A stretch of 64,000 bases of DNA from Eledone cirrhosa (lineage: Eukaryota): NCBI GenBank assembly GCA_964016885.1, contig OZ024757.1, positions 38,378,001 through 38,442,000 on the forward strand, given 5' to 3'. The stretch's first letter is position 1; every line of letters begins with the position of its first letter. This document shows, piece by piece, positions 16,336 through 30,209 of this stretch. Below the pieces are notes generated by a model. The model did not search any database. It was not told where the DNA came from and worked only from the letters and a program-made list of their open reading frames with translations. The position numbers and the translations under genes are program-made.

Positions 16336-17772
16336 GTGTGTATATATATATATATATGTGTGTATATATATATATATATATGTGTGTGTATATATATATA
16401 TATGTGTGTGTATATATATATATATGTGTGTGTATATATATATATATATGTGTGTGTATATATATATATATGTGTGTATATATATATATATATGTGTGTA
16501 TATATATATATATATGTGTGTATATATATATATATATGTGTGTATATATATATATATATGTGTGTATATATATATATATGTGTGTATATATATATATATA
16601 TGTGTGTATATATATATATATATGTGTGTATATATATATATATATGTGTGTATATATATATATATATGTGTGTATATATATATATATATGTGTGTATATA
16701 TATATATATATATGTGTATATATATATATATGTGTGTATATATATATATATGTGTGTATATATATATGTGTGTATATATATATATAGTGTGTATATATAT
16801 ATATATGTGTGTATATATATATATATGTGTGTATATATATATATATGTGTGTATATATATATATATGTGTATATATATATATATATGTGTATATATATAT
16901 ATATATGTGTATATATATATATATATGTGTTATATATATATATATGTGTATATATATATATATGTGTATATATATATATATATGTGTATATATATATATA
17001 TATGTGTATATATATATATATATGTGTATATATATATATATATGTGTTATATATATATATATGTGTATATATATATATATATGTGTATATATATATATAT
17101 GTGTGTATATATATATATATGTGTGTATATATATATATATGTGTATATATATATATATATGTGTATATATATATATATATGTGTATATATATATATATAT
17201 GTGTATATATATATATATATGTGTATATATATATATATATGTGTATATATATATATGTGTATATATATATATATATATGTGTATATATATATATATATAT
17301 GTGTATATATATATATATATATGTGTATATATATATATATATATGTGTATATATATATATATATGTGTATATATATATAATATATGTGTATATATATATA
17401 TATGTGTATATATATATATATATATATGTGTATATATATATATATATATGTGTATATATATATATATATATGTGTATATATATATATATATATGTGTATA
17501 TATATATATATATATGTGTATATATATATATATTTATGTGTATATATATATATATATGTGTATATATATATATATGTGTATATATATATATATGTGTATA
17601 TATATATATATATGTGTATATATATATATATATGTGTATATATATATATATGTGTATATATATATATATATGTGTATATATATATATATGTGTATATATA
17701 TATATATATATGTGTATATATATATATATATATGTGTATATATATATATATATATGTGCATATATATATATA

Positions 17773-17817
<45 letters not shown>

Positions 17818-18985
17818 ATATATATATATATATATGTGTATATATATATATATATATATGTGTATATATATATATGTGTATATATATATATATATGTGTA
17901 TATATATATATATGTGTATATATATATATATATGTGTATATATATATATATGTGTATATATATATATATATATGTGTATATATATATATATATATGTGTA
18001 TATATATATATATATATGTGTATATATATATATATATGTGTATATATATATATATATATGTGTATATATATATATATATATGTGTATATATATATATATA
18101 TGTGTATATATATATATATATATATGTGTATATATATATATATATATATGTGTATATATATATATATATATGTGTATATATATATATATATATGTGTATA
18201 TATATATATATATGTGTATATATATATATATATATGTGTATATATATATATATATATGTGTATATATATATATATATATGTGTATATATATATATATATA
18301 TGTGTATATATATATATATATGTGTATATATATATATATATATGTGTACATATATATATATATATGTGTATATATATATATATATATGTGTACATATATA
18401 TATATATATGTGTATATATATATGTGTATATGTATATATATATATGTGTATATGTATATATATATATGTGTATATGTATATATATATGTATATATATATA
18501 TGTGTATATGTATATATATATATGTGTATATGTATATATATATATGTGTATATGTATATATATATATGTGTATATGTATATATATATATGTGTATATGTA
18601 TATATATATATGTGTATATGTATATATATATATGTGTATATGTATATATATATATGTGTATATGTATATATATATATGTGTATATGTATATATATATATG
18701 TGTATATGTATATATATATATGTGTATATGTATATATATATATGTGTATATGTATATATATATATGTGTATATGTATATATATATATGTGTATATGTATA
18801 TATATATATGTGTATATGTATATATATATATGTGTATATGTATATATATATATGTGTATATGTATATATATATATGTGTATATGTATATATATATATGTG
18901 TGTATGTATATATATATATGTGTGTATGTATATATATATATGTGTGTATGTATATATGTGTGTGTGTGTGTGTATATATGTGTAC
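13840..18985. repeat. ~5.1-kb compound (TA)n(TG)m microsatellite
   Basis: Almost pure alternation of TA and TG runs. Confidence 0.99.
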
Positions 18986-19439
18986 ATAAAAACAAATGGA
19001 CACGGGTATATTTGTAGTTTTAATATTTACATACACACACACATATTTACACCACACCATATATATATATATATACACACACATATGTTATTGTAATATG
19101 AAGTCACTAGACACACACACACTCACACATACTCACTCAAACACACACACACGCACACACCTACGCGCACTTACGCACATACATATTACATAGTATATAT
19201 TAATGTCACCTTGCAATAGAAATATATTTTTTGCCAAATCTAGAATTATTTCATAGAAACATCATTCAATTATACGAGATACTTTTATGATTTTCTTCGT
19301 TTCTGTTTCTTTGTGTTTAACGTGTTTTCATTCTCTCTGTAATGAAGTATGAGCCTTTGTTTGATTCTTGATTTCCTGCTTCGTTCTATTTGATCTCACT
19401 AAATGGTCAGTCGAAATAGCTTATATCCCGTTCATGAAC

Positions 19440-20000
19440 AGCAAAAACAAATTCTAATATGCCAGACGAATTGCCTTGTGTTTGTGTGTGAGTTTGTACG
19501 TTTGTGTGAGTTTGTATGTTTGTGTGTTTCTGAGTGTTTTTTGTGCGTGCATTTGTGTGTGTGTCAGTTTGGGAGTTGTGTGTGTGTGTGAATAACAAAC
19601 TCAACGAAACAATGAGAAATATTCTTGTGCCAGACAAATAACCTTGTTTGAGTGTCAGTTTATGTGATTTTGTGTGAGAGTTTGTGTGTGCCTGTGTGTG
19701 TGTCTGTGAGTTTGTGTGTGTGAATACCAAACTAAACAATCAGGAATATTCTAATGCGCCAACGAATTGCTTTGTGTGAGTGTGTTTGGGTGGTTGAGAG
19801 TTTGGGAGTTTGTCTGTGAATACCAAACTAAACGAAACCAAGATGAATATTCTAATGTGCCACGCGAATTGTCGTGGGTGTGTGTGAGAGAATGTGTGTG
19901 AGAATATGCGAGTATAGGAATGTGTGCGTCTCTGCATGTGTGAGCACCGAACCAAACTAAAATATGAGGAATATAATGTGCCAGATGTATTGCCGTGTAT
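19440..20000. repeat. Diverged minisatellite with constant core and variable GT-rich spacers, 5 units
   Basis: Core attctaatgtgccagacgaattgc (with variants) at about 19451, 19621, 19748, 19849 and 19971, usually preceded by gtgaataccaaactaaac. Confidence 0.8.
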
Positions 20001-20149
20001 GTGGATGTCACCCTCCCACTCTCTCTAGAAATATCCAAGTGGAAATATCCAAGTGTAAGTGCACTCAGTCTATAGGACGAGTTTAGTATAAATAATTAGT
20101 GACATAAACGGGTTCTCGTGTTTCTGGACCCCAATTCGTACAGCCTGTC

Positions 20150-20182
<33 letters not shown>

Positions 20183-20463
20183 TATATATATATTATATAT
20201 ATATGTGTGTGTGTGTGTGCAGTCTTGTCTGAATATAGAATAGTTATCAATGTTTATACAAGTTGGTTTACGAACATCTGTCGACATACACACATATATA
20301 TGTGTATGTATTTATTTGTAAATGTATATGCATTTCTATTCGCTCCGTTTCTGTATATACATATATATAGAGATAGATAGATACTTGTTAGTGTGTGTGA
20401 GTCCCGTGTTCTATAGGAGATAACCACACTCATATTTAATATAAAAGTCATTTCTATACTAAG

Positions 20464-20512
<49 letters not shown>

Positions 20513-21368
20513 GTACACGCACACAAGTGAATCATTAGTTAGTTGTGTATTTCAGCAGAATTGACAAGGTTTATTCAACGGAACGGTCAGCAGCTGCTAT
20601 CTAAATTACAAGGGTTTCCATGTATTTAAGAAGTGTGAAAGCTTTGAGAAATTTAACCTTGAAGAGATCAGCATTTGAATTTATTTGGTTTCAGAGAAAC
20701 AAATATTTTATATAAACAAACATCTGCCAAACAATGCAATTCTCACACCGTTATTGTTGAGGGAAACGATGCCTTTACAATTTCAAGAAAGGAAATTGGT
20801 CCGCATATCCATTAGAAAGGAAAAAAATACAATACTAAAGAAATTCGTGAATTCGACATAGAAGCAATAATGTAGTGGTTGTTTCCTGAGAATTAGATTT
20901 AATGGAAGATTTCTACATATTTAGAATTACTGCTATAAAATGAAAGTATTAAGAATGTGTTGTAATGCCAATGCGACATATATTTGTGTTTTCCTATATC
21001 TTGTATTATGGCGGAAATACACAAGTAATGTGGTGAGAGATATATTGGCTTAGAGGTGGTGGGTTTCGAAATAGTGAAGGGTCAGTAACAGTGAAAATTA
21101 TTCACATTATTTAGGTGTATTTCTCATAAATTTGTTTGCAAAAGCCAATCCTTTTCACCAATATATTCATGCCTTTTATCAGTGATCGATAAATAACTGT
21201 TTGAATGATCCTTTAAAGTGCCTTTCCGAAATTGCCTTACAAACACATAATTGCTTTACAAGCAATAATATATACTCGATGTTTAATATACCAAGATTTG
21301 GACCAGAACAGCAACAGTGTAAGGAGAATAAGATGTCATATCCGACCGAAGACATGGCGTATTACATA

Positions 21369-21548
21369 CAGGGTGACCACAAAAACGCACCGAAATTGAT
21401 GTTTGCCGCGCAAACAGGGAGCACACATCGAGTGTCTATGATATTAACCTTTATTAGTGTATGCAACTCTAGCCACCAATATCGTACAAATATTCATAGT
21501 TTTCATATAAGTATTTGAAATTAATAAGTGTTTTTTGTGATCACCCTG
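21369..21548. mobile_element. Tc1/mariner-type MITE, 180 bp
   Basis: TA-CAGGGTGACCACAAAAACGC...GTGTTTTTTGTGATCACCCTG-TA: about 20-bp TIRs flanked by TA. Confidence 0.85.
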
Positions 21549-21859
21549 TAATGTAACATGCATTTGTCATTTAAATCATGATATATCTAGCTATAAACCA
21601 CAAATAAATGGATACAAGAACGGATTAGATTTGTTGGATTTTAACCAGAAAGTCCATTCAATATTACGAAAGATATGTTACATAGGAATACGCTTGTTGT
21701 ATTTAATAAACACCCTGGCACAATCCACTCATATACTGTTTATAGAATCGAGATAATTGTCTTTGGAAATTCGATAAGTCTTCGAAGTATGCAATCATTG
21801 TTAAGGGTTTATATGTCACAATACCGGTAATACTTGAGCCGAACAAATCAACACGATTC

Positions 21860-21965
21860 TTGAGTGGTACTTAATATATTCGACAACGGAATTATGGAAG
21901 GTAAAATAGACCTTGGTGGGATTTGACCTCAGAAGATAAAAAGCCGAAACAAATGCGGTTATGTC
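21860..21965 (-). mobile_element. Old SINE family A-related fragment
   Basis: tggtacttaatatattcgac...atggaaggtaaaatagaccttggtgggatttgacctcagaa. Confidence 0.65.
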
Positions 21966-22089
21966 TGACAACTTCCGCACTAAACATCTCTCCTTTTGGG
22001 TAGAACTAGAGACCCTTATTTCCTTTATCACCAACACTAAGATAATATACATTTAGTATTACTAATGATTTATAATTGTATCCACCTAA

Positions 22090-22290
22090 CAGGCCAGCAA
22101 TTTAAGGGAATTGGAAATCGTATGTATCATCCCCAATATTTGACTGTTATTTTATTTTTATCAACCTCAGAAGGATGAAAGGCAAATTTAATCACGACAG
22201 GATTTGAACTTAGAATGAAAAATGTTAGGGTAAATACCGCAACATCATTTTATCCAGAGCTTCACCAACTCTGTATATCCAGCACCCTCC
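22090..22290 (-). mobile_element. Old SINE family A-related copy
   Basis: aggccagcaattt...ttttatcaacctcagaaggatgaaaggcaaatttaatcacgacaggatttgaacttagaa. Confidence 0.75.
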
Positions 22291-23211
22291 AAATTTACAA
22301 TAATAAATCACTATTAATTTCTAGAAATTAATGAAGAGTGCATTAGGCTTTAGTGTTTGGTAATATAGGTTAGAATTTCGATATCTATAAAAAATGAATG
22401 TTGCTGTTATGCGTATTTCTAACTACTCTGCTATCATGTGTTATCAGAACTCTTAAGATGAGGACCACCATCTTATCTATGACAAACTTCCAATCATACT
22501 AATGTAAATAGGAATGTGGTGTGTTATTGATTACATATCTATGATGAATTGGTTCTGTGTAAATTGACGTGTTATTCCTGAGGCAAACAATACTTAACTA
22601 AAACGCAGTGATGTACGAAACTGACAAAGGTAGGAATATATATTGCAGCAGCAGCAACAGAGTATAAATGAGTGGCAGGTTTATAGACCGTTATGCCTCA
22701 GATAACTTGAGACGCATTAGGTTTCTTGTGTCTAATTGGATATTTTATTAAGTTTGGAACAAATTCTTCAGAATGGCGTTAATGAATGCGAATAATTAAG
22801 AAATCAAATCTTATTTCACATTTCCTTCGTCAAAATCAATTTTTTTTTTTTGTGTGCAATTTTAAAATGTATAGACACATTTGCATATTATTACGCAATA
22901 ATATAACAGTGATGTCTTATTAAATGACAAAAGCATTGAACTCTGTCTTCTAATGGAATTAAATTTATCAGTTATATTAGTAGCTTTGATTGATATAAAT
23001 GGTGATGGGCGGTTTTATTGGATCATATTATTAAGTAAGAGTCTTAGCTTTGCAGGAAATTGTAATTAGAACGGATGAAATATTCCACAAGTGCTAAACT
23101 ATTGATCGATGTAGTGTGAAGTTTTACTAAAATTTACATTAAAATATTTCGTCTCAAATGTACGCTTCTCTTCAATATATGTTCCTGTGTAAATGAACAT
23201 TTAGTTTGGTT

Positions 23212-24190
23212 TGGTTTGGCAGTATCGGTAGAGGGTCGGACGTCATGCTTTGAAGCATGGTTACCTCCCTTTATGATCTTAGTTCAAATTCCGCCGAGGT
23301 TAACTTTGCCTTTCATCTTTACGGGAACGATAAAATAAATTGCTGGCCTTGTGCCAAATGTAGAAACAATTATCATTGGCGGTGATAATTTGCAGCACAG
23401 AGTTACGGCCCTTTATGATCTGAGTTCATCTCCCGCCGAGGTTAACTTTGCCTTTCATCATTATGGGGTGGATACAATAAAGTACCAGTCACGCACTGGG
23501 GTCGATTTAATCGACTTTCCACTCATCGAAATTGCTGGCCTTGTGCCTATAGAAGAAAGCATTAATATTGGCGGTGGATTAGAAGTATCGGTAGGGCGAC
23601 ACACCGTGCCTTTCAGCATAGTCATGACACTTTACATTCTGAGTTCAAATCCCGCTGAGGTTAACTTTGCCTTTCATCTTTACAGAGTCGATACAATAAA
23701 GTACCAGTAATACACTGGGATAATTGCTGGTCTTGTGCCAAAAGTAGAAATAATAATTATTATTAGCAGATCTCGGGAGAGGGTCGGACAGCATGCTTGG
23801 TAGCATAGTTATGAATCTTTACGTTCTGAGTTCAAATCTCGCCGCTGGATCTGGCTGCTTCTGACAGGATCGCTGAAATGTGAGTGAGAGGAATCTAACC
23901 CCAATAACCTCTCAGGAATAAGTGAGTGAAGAAGTGGGAGTAGATGGTGAAGGAGAAAGCGAGGGTGAAGGACAATGAAAATGAGAAGGGGAATGAATAT
24001 GCAAAGAAGACGAAGAGGTAGACTTCCGTTTGGACATCCTAAACTAGCGTCGGTATCGATAGATGGTTGGGCGCCACGCTTTTTAGCATAGTTAACTTTA
24101 CCTTTCATCCTTAGCGGGTCGATAAAATAAAGTATCAGTAATGTACTGGGATAATTGCTGACCTTGTGCCAAAAGTAGAAACGATTATAT
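23212..24190 (+). mobile_element. Head-to-tail cluster of five SINE family A copies with an unrelated ~200-bp insert (23846-24047)
   Basis: Copies start at about 23212, 23377, 23569, 23765 (3' truncated) and 24048; four end in gctgg(c/t)cttgtgcc...agaaac-like tails. Confidence 0.9.
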
Positions 24191-24437
24191 CGAATATCTC
24201 CAAGAATGCAACGTAAAGCAGCCGTCGGTGGGATTTGATCTCAGAGAGCAAAGAGACGGAATGACTACTACAATACATTCTAAGTATCGTTCTAAAAAAC
24301 TCTACAAAATCAGTGCCTTAACCATGAAAGTACCAGCTAATATATATTCAGATCCATCTTAGCTTTTAGATTTCTGCGAAATTTCATCTAATAGCGTAAC
24401 TTACATTTGATACTGCAGAGTAAACGCACACACACTT

Positions 24438-24522
24438 GCATCCTTACGGGGTGGATACAATAAAGGACCAGTAATGTATTGGGTAATTGTTGGCCTTGTG
24501 CCAAAAGTAGAAATAATTATTA
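24438..24522 (+). mobile_element. SINE family A 3' half
   Basis: catccttacggggtggatacaataaaggaccagtaatgtattgggtaattgttggccttgtgccaaaagtagaaataattat. Confidence 0.85.
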
Positions 24523-25049
24523 ATGTGGTGCGTATATTAGAATAAACGATAAATATATTTGATTACAAAACCTCCTCACATACATATAAACCCCTCGCAC
24601 ACACTTTCTCAGTTACACTGTGGCATTTGGCGCATAAATGTTATTGGCATCTTCACTTAATAACATTATATTGTTTTATAGGAAGCTATATGATATCATT
24701 CGCTATAGAAATTACTAAAAGAACAAACGATTCGTTAAGATGTGTATCAATTAAAATATACATATGACATAACTTTCAGAAACATAAAATATCTAATTAC
24801 ATCCACGCTGTGAAATATATTTACTTTCATCACACGCACGCGCGCACACACGCACACACGCACGCACACACACACATGTATATATATATATAAGCGTATA
24901 TGTAAATATATATATACACACATATATATGTATATGTGTGTGTGTATGTATGTGTGTATATGTATGTGTGTGTGTATGTATGTATGTGTATTTGTGTGTA
25001 TTTGTGTGTGTGTATATATATGTATATAGTGTATATATATATATATATG

Positions 25050-25275
25050 TATATGTGTAACTGTATATGTATATATGTGTAACTGTATATATGTGTAACT
25101 GTATATATATGTGTAACTGTATATGTATATATGTGTAACTGTATATATATGTGTAACTGTATATGTATATATGTGTAACTGTATATATGTGTAACTGTAT
25201 ATATATGTGTAACTGTATATATGTGTAACTGTATATGTGTAACTGTATATGTATGTGTAACTGTATATGTGTAAC

Positions 25276-25280
<5 letters not shown>
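25050..25280. repeat. Minisatellite TGTGTAACTG(TA)n
   Basis: About 13 copies of gtgtaactgtata. Confidence 0.92.
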
Positions 25281-25306
<26 letters not shown>

Positions 25307-25432
25307 ATGTGTATGTGTGTGTGTGTAATATACACATGTCACATGTGTATGTATATATATATATATACACACACACGCATATATATATATATATACATAT
25401 ATATATACACACACATACATATATATATATAT

Positions 25433-25471
<39 letters not shown>

Positions 25472-26315
25472 ATGTATTTATGTATATAAAGATCATAGGG
25501 AAAAATCAACATTTCAGACTCATTATATTTCATCTGACCAAACAAATATAGACTAATTGCAACATGAAGACATAATATGTGATGTGATACATAAAGGAGG
25601 AAAAACACATTATTAATTCATTCATTTGATTTATAACCACCCAAATCTGAAAATAAAATACAATAAAAAGACACGGACATCGAGAGAGAGACATCGAGAG
25701 AGAGATTGGCATTATCATAGTTGATACTTCTGAATGACTTGCTTCTGTAATTACATTCCATTCAGGAATACAGCATTAATAAAAATCAAATTTAACTTGA
25801 ATAGTGAAAGTGCTACTTATTTAGTAGCCGAAATGAAATAATTTTATATATTAAAATGCATGGGGCTCCAGCCAACACGACTATAGTCATATTGAGTGCT
25901 AAAAGAAAATTGCAATAAAATTGAACAAATGAATTTTTAATCAATCGATGTTGTTAGAAGCTTTAGGGATGAAATTATCTGATGTTTGTGTGATGTTAAG
26001 AAAGCAGGATTGTAAATGTACTGGATATATGAAATAGTAAATGGCAATGTTAAATATTTAGATTCATTTTATATCCGACTTAGATAAACAAGTAAGGAAC
26101 GAACAGGAGATGTCTCGCGAAATAAATGATAATCTCAAAAATATTATGTACATCGTCTTGAAAATATTTCTCACATTTTCAGATAAGCACAATGTGATGA
26201 ATTGTTAAAGTCATTAGAACAAGAGATAATGAATAGATTGCGTTGTTTGTTCCAGTTTTCTGCGCGCTCTCGCTCTCTCTCTCTGTCTCTCTCTCGTTGT
26301 CTCTCTCCTCAATGC

Positions 26316-26400
26316 CTACCGAGGTCAACTTTGCTTTTCATCCTATCGAGGCCGTTAAAAAAAAACTGGACAGGGTTGATTTCACACCATGGGGGTAGGG
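26316..26400 (+). mobile_element. Old SINE family A-related fragment
   Basis: ccgaggtcaactttgcttttcatcctatcgaggccgttaaaa. Confidence 0.6.
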
Positions 26401-26513
26401 GCTGGGTAATTGCACGTCTAGTATTAGGATGGATTCTTTAATCTCTTTCCTCTGCTGAGACGAGAACAGCTTTAAGCCCCCCCCCCCCAAAACACACACT
26501 AAATATATATATA

Positions 26514-26850
26514 TAAGAAAGACATGACAACATCAAAGCTTTTTATTTGAACATTTTAAAAAGTTAATTTATAAGTATGAATTTTCAGTAGATTTTCGTA
26601 GTTGTTTCTGTGGCCTAGTGGTAAGTATCAGACGGTGGAGATCATGGTCTTGGGTTCAATCCTGGTCAAGTGTGCATGCAAATTTTTCAGTTTTTATTTT
26701 ACCGACCAGGATCGAACTTCAGACCAGGATCACCACTGGCTATGATTCCGCTGAAAAGTATAATGAAATTAATAATTATAAACCTAATTTCAAAATCAAG
26801 TTAAAGATGCAGTGTCGTTCATGGCTTTCTTAGAGCTATTTGTCATAGGA
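26514..26850. mobile_element. Palindromic element with convergent tRNA-like cassettes, copy 1
   Basis: Ends taagaaagacatga / tcatggctttctta; A box tggcctagtgg 26611-26621; B box gggttcaatcc 26652-26662; inverted B box ggatcgaac at about 26709; homologous in opposite orientation to 33243-33710. Confidence 0.8.
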
Positions 26851-27033
26851 GACTTGTTAGATTAGAGGATAGAAATAGGTAGCAGCTGATTCACTACCAT
26901 GCTGATCGATACATTGATCTACCACGATCAATCATTGACCCTCTAAAACGATCGTAATAGATGAACTAATAACCTAACTACAACTGACTTCTGTATTTCT
27001 TCATTGTCACGCACGCACGCACGCACGCACGCG

Positions 27034-27074
<41 letters not shown>

Positions 27075-27102
27075 CAACATATATATATATATATATATAC
27101 AC

Positions 27103-27138
<36 letters not shown>

Positions 27139-27160
27139 CAACATATATAGAGTTCAATAC

Positions 27161-27200
27161 AGATCGAACCTAGAGCTGATGAGTAGCGAAATGCACATCA
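27161..27200 (+). ncRNA. Degenerate minimal hammerhead motif
   Basis: cctagag-CTGATGA-GTAGC-GAAA-tgcacatc; the upstream agatcg..cctagagctgat is shared with the minus strand of 63021-63062. Confidence 0.45.
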
Positions 27201-27231
27201 CCAACCAATAAACCTAATAAAGGAGTCACCA

Positions 27232-27320
27232 TTCGCCTTTGTACGGGGTTGTAAAATAAAGTACCAGTAATACACTGGATAATTGCTGGCCTTGTGCCAA
27301 AAGTAGAAACAATTATTATA
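27232..27320 (+). mobile_element. SINE family A 3' fragment
   Basis: tacggggttgtaaaataaagtaccagtaatacactggataattgctggccttgtgccaaaagtagaaacaattattat. Confidence 0.85.
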
Positions 27321-27411
27321 TTATATTCTGTTCAGCTCTACACCTCGATACTGACGTGAATCTAAACAGTGCTCACGCGGGTCAACCTACAGTAATTCCG
27401 CGTTACTCTCC

Positions 27412-29518
27412 GTATATATATGTGTATGTATGTGTGTGTATGTCTGTATATGTGTATGTCTGTATATATGTGTGTGTATATATATATATGTGTATATATA
27501 TATATGTGTATATATATATATATGTGTATATATATATATATGTGTATATATATATATATGTGTATATATATATATGTGTGTATATATATATATGTGTGTA
27601 TATATATATATGTGTGTATATATATATATGTGTGTATATATATATATGTGTGTGTATATATATATGTGTGTGTATATATATATGTGTGTGTATATATATA
27701 TGTGTGTGTATATATATATGTGTGTGTATATATATATGTGTGTGTATATATATATGTGTGTGTATATATATATGTGTGTGTATATATATATGTGTGTGTA
27801 TATATATATGTGTGTGTATATATATATGTGTGTGTGTATATATATATGTGTGTGTATATATATATATATGTGTGTATATATATATGTGTGTATATATATA
27901 TATGTGTGTATATATATATATGTGTGTATATATATATATGTGTGTATATATATATATGTGTGTATATATATATATGTGTGTATATATATATATGTGTGTA
28001 TATATATATATGTGTGTATATATATATATGTGTGTATATATATATATGTGTGTATATATATATATGTGTGTATATATATATATATGTGTGTATATATATA
28101 TATATGTGTGTATATATATATGTGTGTATATATGTGTGTATATATATATGTGTGTGTGTATATATATGTGTGTGTATATATATGTGTGTGTGTATATATA
28201 TGTGTGTGTGTATATATATGTGTGTGTGTATATATATGTGTGTGTATATATATATGTGTGTGTATATATATGTGTGTGTGTATATATATGTGTGTGTGTA
28301 TATATATGTGTGTGTATATATATGTGTGTGTATATATATGTGTGTGTATATATATGTGTGTGTATATATATGTGTGTGTATATATATGTGTGTGTATATA
28401 TATATGTGTGTGTATATATATATGTGTGTGTATATATATATGTGTGTGTATATATATATGTGTGTGTATATATATATGTGTGTGTATATATATATGTGTG
28501 TGTATATATATATGTGTGTGTATATATATGTGTGTGTATATATATATGTGTGTGTATATATATATGTGTGTGTATATATATATGTGTGTGTATATATATA
28601 TGTGTGTGTATATATATATGTGTGTATATATATATGTGTGTGTATATATATATGTGTGTGTATATATATATGTGTGTGTATATATATATGTGTGTGTATA
28701 TATATATGTGTGTGTATATATATATGTGTGTGTATATATATATGTGTGTGTATATATATATGTGTGTGTATATATATATGTGTGTGTATATATATATGTG
28801 TGTGTATATATATATATGTGTGTGTGTATATATATATATGTGTGTGTGTGTATATATACGTGTGTGTATATATATATGTGTGTGTATATATATGTGTGTA
28901 TATATATATGTGTGTATATATATATATATGTGTGTATATATATATATATGTGTGTATATATATATATATGTGTGTATATATATATATATGTGTGTATATA
29001 TATATATATGTGTGTATATATATATATATGTGTGTATATATATATATATGTGTGTATATATATATATATGTGTGTATATATATATATATGTGTGTATATA
29101 TATATATATGTGTGTATATATATATATATATGTGTGTGTATATATATATATATGTGTGTGTATATATATATATATGTGTGTGTATATATATATATATGTG
29201 TGTGTATATATATATATATGTGTGTATATATATATATGTGTGTGTGTATATATATATATGTATGTGTGTATATATATATATGTGTGTGTGTGTATATATA
29301 TATATGTGTGTGTGTATATATATATATATGTGTGTGTGTATATATATATATATGTGTGTGTGTATATATATATGTGTGTGTGTGTATATATATATGTGTG
29401 TGTATATATATATATATGTGTGTGTGTGTGTATATATATGTGTGTGTGTGTGTATATATATGTGTGTGTGTGTGTATATATATGTGTGTGTGTGTGTATA
29501 TATATGTGTGTGTGTGTG

Positions 29519-29567
<49 letters not shown>

Positions 29568-29585
29568 GTGTATGTGCGCATATAT
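27412..29585. repeat. ~2.2-kb compound (TA)n(TG)m microsatellite
   Basis: Alternating TA/TG runs. Confidence 0.99.
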
Positions 29586-30162
29586 GAAAAGGTGTTAAAT
29601 GTTGTCAGCTGCTGAAATTATGAATATCAAGGTAACATTACTTTCAAAGAGGAAAACAGAAATTGGAATGTTACATTTGAAATGTTTAATTACTGAATAA
29701 CGTAATACAAATATACATATGTAATTCACACACATACATACACACACACAAGACAGATACGCACACATATTTAATGACTGAATAATTTAATACAAAGTAC
29801 ATATGTTTTATCACACACACACTCATAACGGGACATCCACACATATTTGCTCACCAAATAATTTAATAGAAAAATACATAAGTATTTAACGCACACAAAT
29901 TCACACATAGACTCGATTCACATATAATCATACACACACACAGTCATACATACAGACTCATACACACAAACACACACATAATTTGAAACAGCCACGGAAA
30001 TGGGAGTTATAATTGTAACACTACTCATGTTTCTGGCATATTGTTTGTAAAGTGCTTTGCTAAAACTGTTTCCATAGAAGTCAGTCAGTACAATAACATT
30101 TACATTCAAATCAAATCTAATGAAGGAAAGCGAATGGACTTTCCAAAATAGAGATATTATAA

Positions 30163-30209
<47 letters not shown>

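Noticed and set aside
13620-19096. ORFs of 500-1778 aa (also at 1494-4741, 27356-29615, 48490-50133 and 55240-58129)
   Set aside because: They are translations of TA/TG/CA repeats that lack stop codons (YI/CV/HT peptides) and are open in several frames at once.
19440-20000. CRISPR-like repeat-spacer appearance
   Set aside because: Eukaryotic context, diverged repeats, low-complexity spacers of unequal length, and no cas genes.
20550-20625. Short frame AELTRFIQRNGQQLLSKLQGFPCI* after tttcag
   Set aside because: Too short, no recognisable homology, and no supporting neighbouring exons.
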